Source of the DNA: Okeania sp. SIO2G4
Lineage (GTDB): Bacteria > Cyanobacteriota > Cyanobacteriia > Cyanobacteriales > Microcoleaceae
Reading direction: 5' to 3'
Assembly: GCF_010672295.1 (NCBI RefSeq)
Contig: NZ_JAAHGW010000045.1
Span: 1 to 53,402 of the forward strand
Length of the DNA stretch: 53,402 nt
Shown here piece by piece: positions 30,665-39,980 of this stretch (position 1 is its first letter; each line of letters starts with the position of its first letter). Both the position numbers and the translations under genes were made by a program. The notes beneath the pieces are model-generated. The model did no database searches and was not told the DNA's origin. It was given only the letters and a program-made list of their open reading frames with translations.

Positions 30665-31105
30665 CTACTTATATTCATTGTTAATTTTTGAATAACTAGG
30701 AAAACTCAATAACCATTTCCTCATTTCATCAGATAATTTTTGCCTACTTCTACTTTGAGGATGAATACAAACGTGCTTCGTAATAGCTCTGGCCACCCAC
30801 TTATCCTCTGTTTCTTTTAAAAATACTTGATAGGAAATCTCAAACTCATCATCTCTCCAACTTTTAGGAATTAATTCAATAGTTAACTCATCCCCACAAA
30901 ACATCGGGCGACGAAAATCAACATTAGCATAAATAATTGGAATAGCTATTTCTTGATTACTAAAAAAAACTTTCAGATTAATACCAAATTCTACTAAAGA
31001 TGCTTCATAAGTTTCATGGCACATTGCTAAAACATTAGCAAAATAAACTACTCCAGCAGCATCGGTATCTTGAAAATGAACTATTCTTGTATAGTAAAAA
31101 GACAT
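30665..31105 (-). CDS. 4HBT-fold acyl-CoA thioesterase (DHNA-CoA hydrolase-like)
   Basis: 146 aa with the hotdog-fold thioesterase N-terminus YTRIVHFQDTDAAGVVYFANVLAMCHETYEASL. It resembles the cyanobacterial 1,4-dihydroxy-2-naphthoyl-CoA thioesterase family. Confidence 0.7.
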   Translation of the reverse strand: MSFYYTRIVHFQDTDAAGVVYFANVLAMCHETYEASLVEFGINLKVFFSNQEIAIPIIYANVDFRRPMFCGDELTIELIPKSWRDDEFEISYQVFLKETEDKWVARAITKHVCIHPQSRSRQKLSDEMRKWLLSFPSYSKINNEYK

Positions 31106-31336
31106 TTATAGATATAGGTTTAATAGTAATACCATTTCTCTATGAATTTGCGCTGAATAAAAGATGATAATTATCAGAATAATAAGGTCAGGACAAAAAT
31201 TATTAAGTGCATCGTTACAAAGAAATGATATTAGATTGAATAAAGTTTTAGGTAATAGGTATTAGGTTCAATTGAAGATTAAACTTTAACCAGTTATAGA
31301 AACCGTAAAGACAGTCATATTTTCTACACTTATAAC

Positions 31337-31790
31337 CTGACACCTACCAGGAAGGGTAGGGAGGATAAATCATATATTTAGGAATTAGGCATTTTTGAGT
31401 TCTAAACACTACATATCTGTAACGTTATAGTTTTTCTCGTTATATATAGTCTGTTTACCTAAATTCGGAACTATAACGTTATAGTTTTTCTCGTTATATA
31501 TAGTTTGTTTACCTAAATTCCGAGTCGCCTACCACCTAGAACTAAAGTCCCGGTAGACAGGATAAATCATATATTTAGGAATTAGGCATTTTTGAGTTCT
31601 AGAGACGACATATCTGTAACGTTATAGTTTTTGCTCACTATATATAGTCTGTTTACCTAAATACCGATCGCCTGACACCTACCACTCAAGGAAGGGTAGG
31701 GAAAATAAATCATATATTTAAGAATTAGGGATTTTTGAGTTCTAAACACTACATATTTGTAACGTTATAGTTTTTGCTCACTATATATAG
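31337..31790. repeat. tandem array of ~3.4 copies of a ~140-bp unit with an internal ~55-bp half-unit duplication
   Basis: Units start at ~31337, 31524 and 31667. Each contains GGATAAATCATATATTTAGGAATTAGGCATTTTTGAGTTCTAAACACTACATATCTGTAACGTTATAGTTTTT(C/G)... Copies are >90% identical with no unique spacers between them. Confidence 0.9.
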
Positions 31791-31957
31791 TAGTCGAAGC
31801 AAAGGGTGCGGACATATCAAAAGCTTAAAACTCAGACAACGCAAAATTTTTCAGTCCTTCGTTCCTTCCTTCTTCCTTTTCTGAACAATGAACAATCACT
31901 ACAATAAAATTGAGTATTGTTCATTGAACATTCATCAGGACTAATTTTGTAATTAAA

Positions 31958-32404
31958 TTAACCCTTATTTTTAATCATTATTACATCAATAATCTTAGTA
32001 GCTACTGCTTCGGAAATTTCCAAAGCATTATATAACTCATTCAAAAGTTGTTCCTCCTCTTCAGCAAGGTCTCCATCTACTAAAACCAAGTCTGTACTAA
32101 CAGCAAAAACTGTTTCCCTTAACTCCTTTGGAAGTTTAGCAACTGCAGCATCAAACAAAGGCTTAATTTCTTGATTTTTAATCATACCGAGAAGACGGTC
32201 TTGCATTTCTGTCTTACGTTCCTTTGAATAATCACTAAACAGTTCCATGCGAGAGAAAATATTATTAATACCTTGAGATTCACTCTTCGTAATAACACCA
32301 TCAGCAGCAACAGCAATTAAAGCGATCGCTGCAAAAGCTTCTGCCGGTTCTAATTGAATATCAGTAGCTTGTATTGTTGTTGTTCCTTGATCGAAAAGAC
32401 CCAT
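31958..32404 (-). CDS. TerB-like (tellurite-resistance TerB family) protein
   Basis: 148 aa with two TerB-type helical repeats (AAIALIAVAADGVITKSE...; AVSTDLVLVDGDLAEEEEQLLNELYNAL). Confidence 0.65.
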   Translation of the reverse strand: MGLFDQGTTTIQATDIQLEPAEAFAAIALIAVAADGVITKSESQGINNIFSRMELFSDYSKERKTEMQDRLLGMIKNQEIKPLFDAAVAKLPKELRETVFAVSTDLVLVDGDLAEEEEQLLNELYNALEISEAVATKIIDVIMIKNKG

Positions 32405-32518
32405 TTTAGTACCTCATCAATGATTTTTTTACCATCTCTATTTTGGAAAAATATTAGGTGTTATTAAATAAGTTTTAGATTGAATATACAACCTAAAATT
32501 TACCACCTACTACCTTCT

Positions 32519-33874
32519 TCAATACTTCTCAAAAACTGCTAAATTAGCTTTGAGAAAATCAATAAATTGTCGTGCCGTTCGCCCAGAGCGACCATTATAT
32601 TTCGTAGCCCATTGTAAAGCTTGATAGTCTAAATCTTCAGGATTTAGATTAATTTTTGCCTGTTTTGCCAGATGTCTAACAATTGTTAAATAAGTATCCT
32701 GGTTAGCAGGTTCAAAAGTTAAAGTTAAGCCAAAGCGATCGCTAAAAGAAAGCTTTTCTTGAACTGTATCCCAATTATGAACCTCATCACTATCTTTTGG
32801 GCGAGGGCGATCGTTAAAAAATTCTCTAATTAAATGCCTTCTATTTGATGTAGCATAGACTACCACATTTGTTGGTCTAGCAGTTAAATTACCCTCTAAA
32901 ACAACTTTAAGAGCTTTAAAAGTATCATCATCTTCTTCAAAAGAAAGATCATCTACAAAGATAATAAATTTTTGTGGAATATCGCGTAATTTTTCTGCAA
33001 TTAATGGTAAATCTTTTAAGTCTGATTTAGCTACTTCCACTAAACGAAGATTGCGTTGACTATATTCATTTAATAAAGCTTTTATTAAAGAAGATTTTCC
33101 AGAACCGCGACTACCATAAAGTAATACATTAAGTGCTGAATATCCTGCTAGGAGAAATTGTGTATTTTTGATTAAGGTATCTTTTTGAAATTCATATCCG
33201 ACTAATTCTTTTAATTCAACTGGGTCGGGGTAAGTAATAGTAAGTAGTTGACCGTTACGCCATTCAAAGGCAATTGATTCAGCAAATAAACCAGTGCCAT
33301 TATGATGATAATGAGTGGCTAAGGTCTCAATGGCATCTGCCCAATTTTCTAATTTTTTTAACTCGTCGTAGATAGCTTCTTTTTGTTGTGATTGTATTTC
33401 CCACGCAATAGGGGGATTCTCTAATTTAGCTATTGTTTTTACCCACTGACTAATTGTTTTACCACTGCACTGATAAAGATTTTGTAAAATTTGTAAATCA
33501 TGTTTTGCAGCTGCAATTAAATTTGGAGATAGGCTGGTAATATTTATTTTTTGAACTTGTTGACTAAAGGGATTATCATCTTGAATAATCTGAGCAATTA
33601 GATATTCTTGCCAGGAAATATTTTGACTAGCAATATTTCTAAACCAGTTACCATAAGCTTGAAGGCATTCTATAGCAACTCCATCATTTTTAGACAAAGA
33701 TTCTAATAATTGGATAAAAGCTTCACCCACTGTTTTTTTTAGAACAGACTGATATAACAATAGAGATGCTATTTGCTGTTGTAAGTTTTGAATTTTGGCT
33801 AACACTTGGGAACCTAAACAAGACATAATTAATGATATGATTGCCTTATTAAATAAAGGATCAGCACTTAGCAC
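32519..33874 (-). CDS. AAA-type ATPase, DUF815 family
   Basis: The C-terminal half has a P-loop LLYGSRGSGKSSLIKALL, a Walker B motif FIIFVDDLSFEE and DUF815-like downstream blocks (VVYATSNRRHLI...NGRSGRTARQF). The N-terminal ~200 aa are unassigned. It lies 114 bp upstream of the TerB-like gene on the same strand. Confidence 0.7.
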   Translation of the reverse strand: MLSADPLFNKAIISLIMSCLGSQVLAKIQNLQQQIASLLLYQSVLKKTVGEAFIQLLESLSKNDGVAIECLQAYGNWFRNIASQNISWQEYLIAQIIQDDNPFSQQVQKINITSLSPNLIAAAKHDLQILQNLYQCSGKTISQWVKTIAKLENPPIAWEIQSQQKEAIYDELKKLENWADAIETLATHYHHNGTGLFAESIAFEWRNGQLLTITYPDPVELKELVGYEFQKDTLIKNTQFLLAGYSALNVLLYGSRGSGKSSLIKALLNEYSQRNLRLVEVAKSDLKDLPLIAEKLRDIPQKFIIFVDDLSFEEDDDTFKALKVVLEGNLTARPTNVVVYATSNRRHLIREFFNDRPRPKDSDEVHNWDTVQEKLSFSDRFGLTLTFEPANQDTYLTIVRHLAKQAKINLNPEDLDYQALQWATKYNGRSGRTARQFIDFLKANLAVFEKY

Positions 33875-34289
33875 TCAGCAATTAGTAGGAGCATTTTTTT
33901 TAGGTTTAGAAGGGGATTTCAACTCCTACTAAACTATCTGAAACAATATTTGTTAGAGATTTTAACCCAAACTCAAAAAACTTTATAATAGCTGATAGCT
34001 TACCACTGGATACTTACCTATTTCTTTGGCGTAATGTAAATCTATGTAATTCTATAATAAATTTTACTCTTTGTAGTTATAAACCACTATTTTTTTACAT
34101 TTACTTAAGATGCAATTTAAGATCGAGAAATATTTCAAAAAATGTTATTGAATAGTTGAAAATTTCATTTTTAATCATAGTTTAATAATTATTGAATCTT
34201 GATTAAGCAATATTAAGTTTTGATAAATTGGCTAGCTATTGCCACAAATAAGCTGTATAAGTTAGTTTTAGTTTTAGGAGTTAATAATA

Positions 34290-34628
34290 ATGACTATAAA
34301 TATCGCCATAATAGCAGCGATCGCCTATGGTATATTAGCCATTGTTGGGGGCATTATTGGATATACGAAAGTAGGCAGCAAAATATCTTTAATATCTGGT
34401 AGTATCAGTGGTTTACTACTAATTGTTAGTGGAATTATTCAACTAATGGGCATGAATTGGGGTCTAATATTTTCTACCCTCATTACAACTATTCTAGTAA
34501 TTACATTCATTATTCGTTTAGCAAAAACTCGTAAAATGATGCCTGCGGGATTAATGATTTTAACTGGAGTTGCTGCTGTAGCAGTTATGGTTTATGAAAT
34601 TACCATAAACAATTCAGCCACAATTTAA
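34290..34628 (+). CDS. small membrane protein, TMEM14/UPF0136-like
   Basis: 112 aa, 4 TM helices, with the motif GGIIGYTKVGSKISLISGSISG typical of the TMEM14 family. Confidence 0.55.
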   Translation: MTINIAIIAAIAYGILAIVGGIIGYTKVGSKISLISGSISGLLLIVSGIIQLMGMNWGLIFSTLITTILVITFIIRLAKTRKMMPAGLMILTGVAAVAVMVYEITINNSATI

Positions 34629-35080
34629 AAAGAAACGTAAGTATTTAGCCGTCAGCTTTCAGCTCCATTAGAACTAATGACTATAGCCTTTAAAGCAGAA
34701 GTTACCATTGACAGATTTTATCTAATTAAAAATATGAATTAAAAGTTTCCCTAGTAACTTCTAAAGTCTTAAAAAATGCTTACTTCATTTATTAATCAAG
34801 ATGAGAGCTGACCACTAATCACTGTTTGTGGAGCATTCAGGCACGGAAATCCTTATACCAATTTCATAAACTTGAGCTACTTAGGTTTGGAGTAGTCAGT
34901 AGTCAGTAGTCAGTAGTCAGGAGGTAAGGTGAGTAGCCTTACTTTTTGAATTTGGTATTACAAAGAAACAAAGAATATGGAAGAGATAAAAAAGTAGAAA
35001 CTTGCTCAATAGACATATAGATATCTCCAGAAAAGAGATAACAGGTAACAGGAAGAAATAATAGAAATCATCAATTATTT

Positions 35081-35140
35081 CTCCCTACTCCCCTACTCCC
35101 CTACTCCCTGCTCCCTACTCCCTACTCCCTAAATTGGGAT
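35081..35140. repeat. STRR heptamer tract (TACTCCC / GGGAGTA x ~8)
   Basis: CTCCCTACTCCCCTACTCCCCTACTCCCTGCTCCCTACTCCCTACTCCCT. Similar tracts occur at 28301..28335, 40411..40425, 40572..40590 and 50851..50885. Other heptamer STRRs: GGTACAA at 200..220, CCTGTTC at 6251..6280, AGTCAGT at 34893..34920. Confidence 0.9.
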
Positions 35141-35219
35141 TAATCAACCCATTAGCCGTACCAAAAATATTAATTGGACTCTTACCATCAGTAATTAAAA
35201 CACTCTGAAGACCAAGCCC

Positions 35220-36776
35220 CTACAACAACCTCGCCTGCATTTCTGGGCCATCTTGAGCGATCGCCCGAATTGTCTCAGCCCCCAAAGCCTCCACTTTTTG
35301 CTGAAACTCAGTAGCAGTAATTTCAGCCATTTGCCTTGCCTTCTCAATCTCTAAATTATTCAGTGTCTGCTGATGGGCTAACTCAGTCTCCTGACGCGCC
35401 CTCAACTGAGCCATCTCAGCCTCATGGCGAATCCGTGCTGCTTCTACTTCCTGCTGCGCCAAATTCACCGCCAACTGGCCTTGAAAAGGAGATAACATAT
35501 AAGCTTGAGGTCCATTGACTAATTTTAGTTCCCCACTTTGAACATCCCGTACATATATACCTTCATTTTTGTCTAGGGGAATAGCCTGAAGTTTTTCTAA
35601 TACTTCTAATTCCACTGGGGGAATATAATCTCTTGGCCCAGTAATCATCCATAAATCTCCTGGTTGCCGAGTAATAACGTTTGCTCCTGTTCCCTCGGTG
35701 AAAGTTTCCTCAACTCTGATTAGGAGTGCTTCTTGTTCACCAAGAATATAGACCTTTTTAATTCCTGTTTCTAAATCTTCTCCTGGGTGCAAAAAGAAAG
35801 ATGTTCTGCCCTGACGCACTTCTTTCATACCCCACTGCGGTTTACCATCTGCATCTATGGGATTAGTTACTATGCACCATTCGCGATCGCTTAAAGTAGT
35901 GATTTTGACTTCTCCCACTACTTCTTCATAAACGTCGGGAATATGAATTTCAGCATCTGCAAAAGTAACTAACTATTCATCTCCCGCTTTGCGTTGCTGA
36001 CCAAAAATATCAGTAAAAGTCCGTTTTGCTTTTAGATGTAGTGCTTGACGTTCGGTTAATACATAGGCATCAATAGTATCGACAATTTCTTCATCTACTC
36101 CAGGCAAATAAGCACCTTCTTCCCTGACCAACCATTATTCCCCAGTTCTACGTCTGTTACCTTGACGATCTATACAATTTTGTCGTGCCAGCAGTCGTAA
36201 GGCTTGGTTAGGTTTAATTATTTTAGCTATAACTGTGACTACCACTTCAACTTCTACCCTGGGAGTGTAAGTTCCTGGCCCCTCAAATAACCATTCATCC
36301 CCTGTCGTACGAGTGACAGTTTGAGACTCTCCTGCAACGGTGACTGTATCAGTAAAATCTCGTATTGCTTTGAGACGTAGAGTTTGGTTTGTGTCAATTA
36401 CTTGTAGTTGAGTTACATCTTCTTCGAGTATTTCTCCTGGATATAGTGGGAAAGTGTCTTGAGCAAAGCGAATTTCCAGATCGCCATATTTGAGTCTAAT
36501 TTAACCATACTCATCGGCCACAAGTTGATCTGAACTATTTCTTAGTACAGGGTTAGTTACTACACAATAATGGCGAGGTGGAACTACAATTGTCAGTTGT
36601 GGTTGTAAGACTAACCTTTCTGCATCTCCAAGGGTAATGGTTTGAGGGCCTATTTCTAGTCTGGTGACACCAGTGTTATTGTCAAGAACATGAATATACT
36701 GTTGTGGCTTCAGGAGAATTATACCATTGTTCTCTATTGTAATTGGATATTCTGTGGTACTTTTTATTTTACTCAT
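35220..36776 (-). pseudogene. major vault protein (MVP) homolog: one uninterrupted reading frame containing three in-frame stop codons (TAA, TAA, TAG) and no frameshifts
   Basis: My manual minus-strand translation aligns along its whole length with eukaryotic MVP. At the N-terminus, YIHVLDNNTGVTRLEIGPQT...VVPPRHYCVVTNPV matches human [20 protein letters not shown]...[13 protein letters not shown]. The Vault repeats follow ([13 protein letters not shown]; TGE*WLV; AGDE*LV), then the shoulder region (KSFFL-like TSFFLHPGEDLETGIKKVYILGEQEALLIRV; AIPLDKNEGIYVRDVQSGE), then the cap-helix coiled coil ending IRAIAQDGPEMQARLL. The stops sit at plus-strand 36501..36503, 36132..36134 and 35965..35967, replacing a Q, an E and the W of the conserved G(D/E)EW motif. 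The ORF finder reports only the fragments 36501..36776 and 35220..35918. Confidence 0.8.
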
Positions 36777-36839
36777 AGTTTAATAGTTTTGTAACTAGGA
36801 ATTTTAAGTTATTCATTATCCATTATTAATTATCTCTTA

Positions 36840-39218
36840 CTATCGTCGCCAAATTTTAATAGTTCTGTCTTTACTACCACTAGCAATACTATTACCATCA
36901 GGACTAAAAGTAACTGTATAAATCTCATCTTTATGCCCGGTCAAAGTACTAACTAATTCTCCTGTTTCTAAATCCCATATCTTAATATTATTATCCTTAC
37001 TGCCACTAGCAATATATCGACCATCTTCGCTAATATCAACAGATACAACTTCAGCAGTATGACCAAGAATAGTTTTGATTAATTCTCCTGTTTTTAAGCT
37101 CCAAATTTTAATAGTATTATCGTAACTCCCACTCACTATTTTTTCCCCATCTGGACTAATATCAACAGACCTAATTACTCCTTCATGTCCAGTCAATGTA
37201 TTAATTAATTCTCCAGTATATAAATCTTCAATTTTTATAGTTTGATCTGCACTACCACTAACCAATATTCTGCCGTCAGGACTAATAGCAATAGAATAAA
37301 CTACATCTGAGTGATCGGGGAAATTAAAAATTAAGAAACCTGTTTCTAAATCCCAAACTTTAACTGTTTTATCTCCACTAGCACTAGCAATTGTTTGATT
37401 ATCAGAACTCATAGCAACTGACCAAACAGGTGCCCAATGTTCAAATACTCGAAATAATTCTCCTGTTTCCAAATTCCAGATCATTACTCTCCAATCATAA
37501 GTACCTACCACTAATTTAGTACCATTATTATTCAAAGCAACTGACCAAATTGGAGAATCATCTGCAGCTAATGTGTTGATAACTTTTCCTGTAGGAACTT
37601 CTAAAATTTTTACCGTTGTGTCTCTACTTCCAGTAACTAAAGTTTTGCCATTAGAACTAAATGCAAGAGTACCTATAGAAGCATTAAACCTAGACAAATC
37701 TTCAACTTGATAATTCTGCCAATTTATACCTTGTTGACAATTTTGTAAAAGAGATTGAGCTTCAGCAAAAATGCTAGATTTTTCACTAATTAAAGTTCCT
37801 TGATTAATACATTCTTCATAGTTGCGCTCTATGTATAAGTTTTTTACAAAATTAAATTTTGCCGATTCTTGTTCTTGCTGTTGTAATACTTGTTGTTGAC
37901 GTAATTGTAAATAATTTTGGAATTTAAGATATCTATATATAGCAAAGATTATTACAATTAAGGTAGCGATAAATCCTAAAATCAACTGCCAGTTAAAAGA
38001 TGATTGTTTGTTATTATTGCTAAATATTTTTTTAAATTTAGTAAGTAGAGATTTTGGTAAAACTCTGTTTTCTATTAATTCTATATCTTCTTGAGTTAGT
38101 CCTAAAATTTGCTGTAGACGCTCTAACTCCTGGCGAGTTTCTTGACTAAAAGGATATTCTTCCTGAATCGCAGCTTTTAATGTTTCTTCATATCTTTCTC
38201 CTTTCATCCGATATTTACGGTAAGGATTTAATACTTCATCCTCAATTATTTCCGTTTCTTCCCGGGAGAGTTCTAAACTTTCTCTAAGTTCATCTAAAAT
38301 TCTTCTCCCGACAATAGAAATATCTCCTCTATCGCTAGCTCGACGAATAACCTCTTCCCGATAAATTTCTTTATTATCTGTAGCGAAACTTGGAAACTCA
38401 TTAATTTTTTTTAAATCTGCTATAACTTCTGCTGCTGACTGGTAACGTTCGTGAAAGTTATAGCGCACCATTTTATCTAAAATATCTGCTAGAGAAGTAG
38501 AACAATTTGTTAGGTATCGCCAAAAAATCTCTTTTTTTTCACCATTTTCATTATCCTTTAGTTTCGATAATTCGCTGCTAGGCAATCCCGTAATTGCCTG
38601 AATGCCAATCATTCCTAAAGCATAAATATCACTATTGAATTGGGGATTATATTCAAATTGTTCAATTGGCATATATTCCATTGTGCCAATCCTAGCTGTA
38701 CGATTTTGCTGACCAATATTAATTTCTTTAACAGCTCCAAAATCAATTAATACTAATTGATTATCCGATTTTCTTCTAATTAAATTAGCAGGCTTAATAT
38801 CTCGATGAATAACACTATTTTCATGCACAAATACTAAAATTTCTAATACTTCATTGAGAATTAAAATTACTTGTTTTTCAGATAGGGGTTTACCTGGTAA
38901 TATTTCATTGTCTAAAGATTGACCAGGAATAAAAGATTGAACTAGAAAAAACTCTCGATCTTCTTCAAAATATGCAAGTAGTTTAGGAATTCGATCATGT
39001 TGAGAAAGCTTTTCTAGCATCTGTGCTTCTTTTTGAAATCGATCGCGAACGATATTAATTAATCTTCGATCATAAATACTTGGTTGCAGATGCTTAATAA
39101 AACATTGTGCTTCTCCAGGACGACGAATGTCTAAGGCCAGATAAGCATGGCCAATTTCCCCTGATTCAATAATTTTAATAATTTGATAGCGTCCATCTAA
39201 AATATTACCAATCATCAT
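36840..39218 (-). CDS. Ser/Thr protein kinase with a TM segment and C-terminal WD40 beta-propeller
   Basis: Hanks kinase motifs (HRDIKPANLI, DFG, GTMEYMPIEQ) are followed by a linker, a TM helix FNWQLILGFIATLIVIIFAIY and at least 7 WD40 repeats (..GSxDxTIKIW..). It ends 63 bp upstream of the MVP homolog start on the same strand. Confidence 0.85.
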   Translation of the reverse strand: MMIGNILDGRYQIIKIIESGEIGHAYLALDIRRPGEAQCFIKHLQPSIYDRRLINIVRDRFQKEAQMLEKLSQHDRIPKLLAYFEEDREFFLVQSFIPGQSLDNEILPGKPLSEKQVILILNEVLEILVFVHENSVIHRDIKPANLIRRKSDNQLVLIDFGAVKEINIGQQNRTARIGTMEYMPIEQFEYNPQFNSDIYALGMIGIQAITGLPSSELSKLKDNENGEKKEIFWRYLTNCSTSLADILDKMVRYNFHERYQSAAEVIADLKKINEFPSFATDNKEIYREEVIRRASDRGDISIVGRRILDELRESLELSREETEIIEDEVLNPYRKYRMKGERYEETLKAAIQEEYPFSQETRQELERLQQILGLTQEDIELIENRVLPKSLLTKFKKIFSNNNKQSSFNWQLILGFIATLIVIIFAIYRYLKFQNYLQLRQQQVLQQQEQESAKFNFVKNLYIERNYEECINQGTLISEKSSIFAEAQSLLQNCQQGINWQNYQVEDLSRFNASIGTLAFSSNGKTLVTGSRDTTVKILEVPTGKVINTLAADDSPIWSVALNNNGTKLVVGTYDWRVMIWNLETGELFRVFEHWAPVWSVAMSSDNQTIASASGDKTVKVWDLETGFLIFNFPDHSDVVYSIAISPDGRILVSGSADQTIKIEDLYTGELINTLTGHEGVIRSVDISPDGEKIVSGSYDNTIKIWSLKTGELIKTILGHTAEVVSVDISEDGRYIASGSKDNNIKIWDLETGELVSTLTGHKDEIYTVTFSPDGNSIASGSKDRTIKIWRR

Positions 39219-39530
39219 TATTGTGGTAGAGCCTTTTTTAGTTGATTATGGCATGAAACAATTTACTCATTTTGACATCTACAATTATAAAAAAAATAGT
39301 TTTAATTAAGAATATTTTCCTGATTCCAAAACTGAAAATTAGAAGTTTAATTGTAACCCTTAATCATTAATTGATAGAGATATGTTACTCCAGAACACAA
39401 ATTAATTCTGATAAAAAGTGTAATATAGAAACCAAAATAATAATTTTGGCCACTCAAAACAAAAGCACAATTTTAACAGTGCTATCATAGACAGAAGCAA
39501 AGCTAAAATCAGGTATAGGGAGTTAAGTGG

Positions 39531-39980
39531 ATGAGCCATGAAATAATAGCAATTAGGAGACCTGTTAGACCAAAACAGCCTATTGAGCCAAATTCTCCAA
39601 AGGAGGCGCTTCACGAACAAATTGAGTCAAAAGTAGAAAAACCAAATTCAATAAAAAATAGCCCCTCATCAAGAACAGAAGGTACGAATGAAAGGCAATT
39701 AGGAAAACCAATAAGTAAATCAGAAAGACCCAAAAAACCAGGAAAACCAAAGCTAAAAGAATCTATCCAACAAGTCACCAATGCTAACGGAAAAGTTTTT
39801 AGTTCGGGGGATAAGATTTTAGTATCAGCACCCTGGAGTAGTATTGTAGAAGCTGAAATTACGGGTTTTTATAAAAGTCCTGGAGGTTCAATCTGGGCAA
39901 TTTTTCTTCCCCAAGAATCTCTACCTAAGTGGAAGTGGGAAAAAGGTTGCATCCGAGCTGAATTATTAAAACAAGCATAA
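39531..39980 (+). CDS. hypothetical protein with a Lys/Pro-rich N-terminus and a conserved C-terminal domain
   Basis: 149-aa ORF. The C-terminal block KILVSAPWSSIVEAEITGFYKSPGGSIWAIFLPQESLPKWKWEKGCIRAELL looks domain-like. No function assigned. Confidence 0.4.
   Translation: MSHEIIAIRRPVRPKQPIEPNSPKEALHEQIESKVEKPNSIKNSPSSRTEGTNERQLGKPISKSERPKKPGKPKLKESIQQVTNANGKVFSSGDKILVSAPWSSIVEAEITGFYKSPGGSIWAIFLPQESLPKWKWEKGCIRAELLKQA

Noticed and set aside
31337-31790. Possible CRISPR array (regularly spaced repeats)
   Set aside because: The repeated units are ~140 bp and abut each other with no unique spacers, and the repeat is AT-rich and imperfect. This is a tandem (minisatellite-like) array, not CRISPR. 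No cas genes lie nearby.
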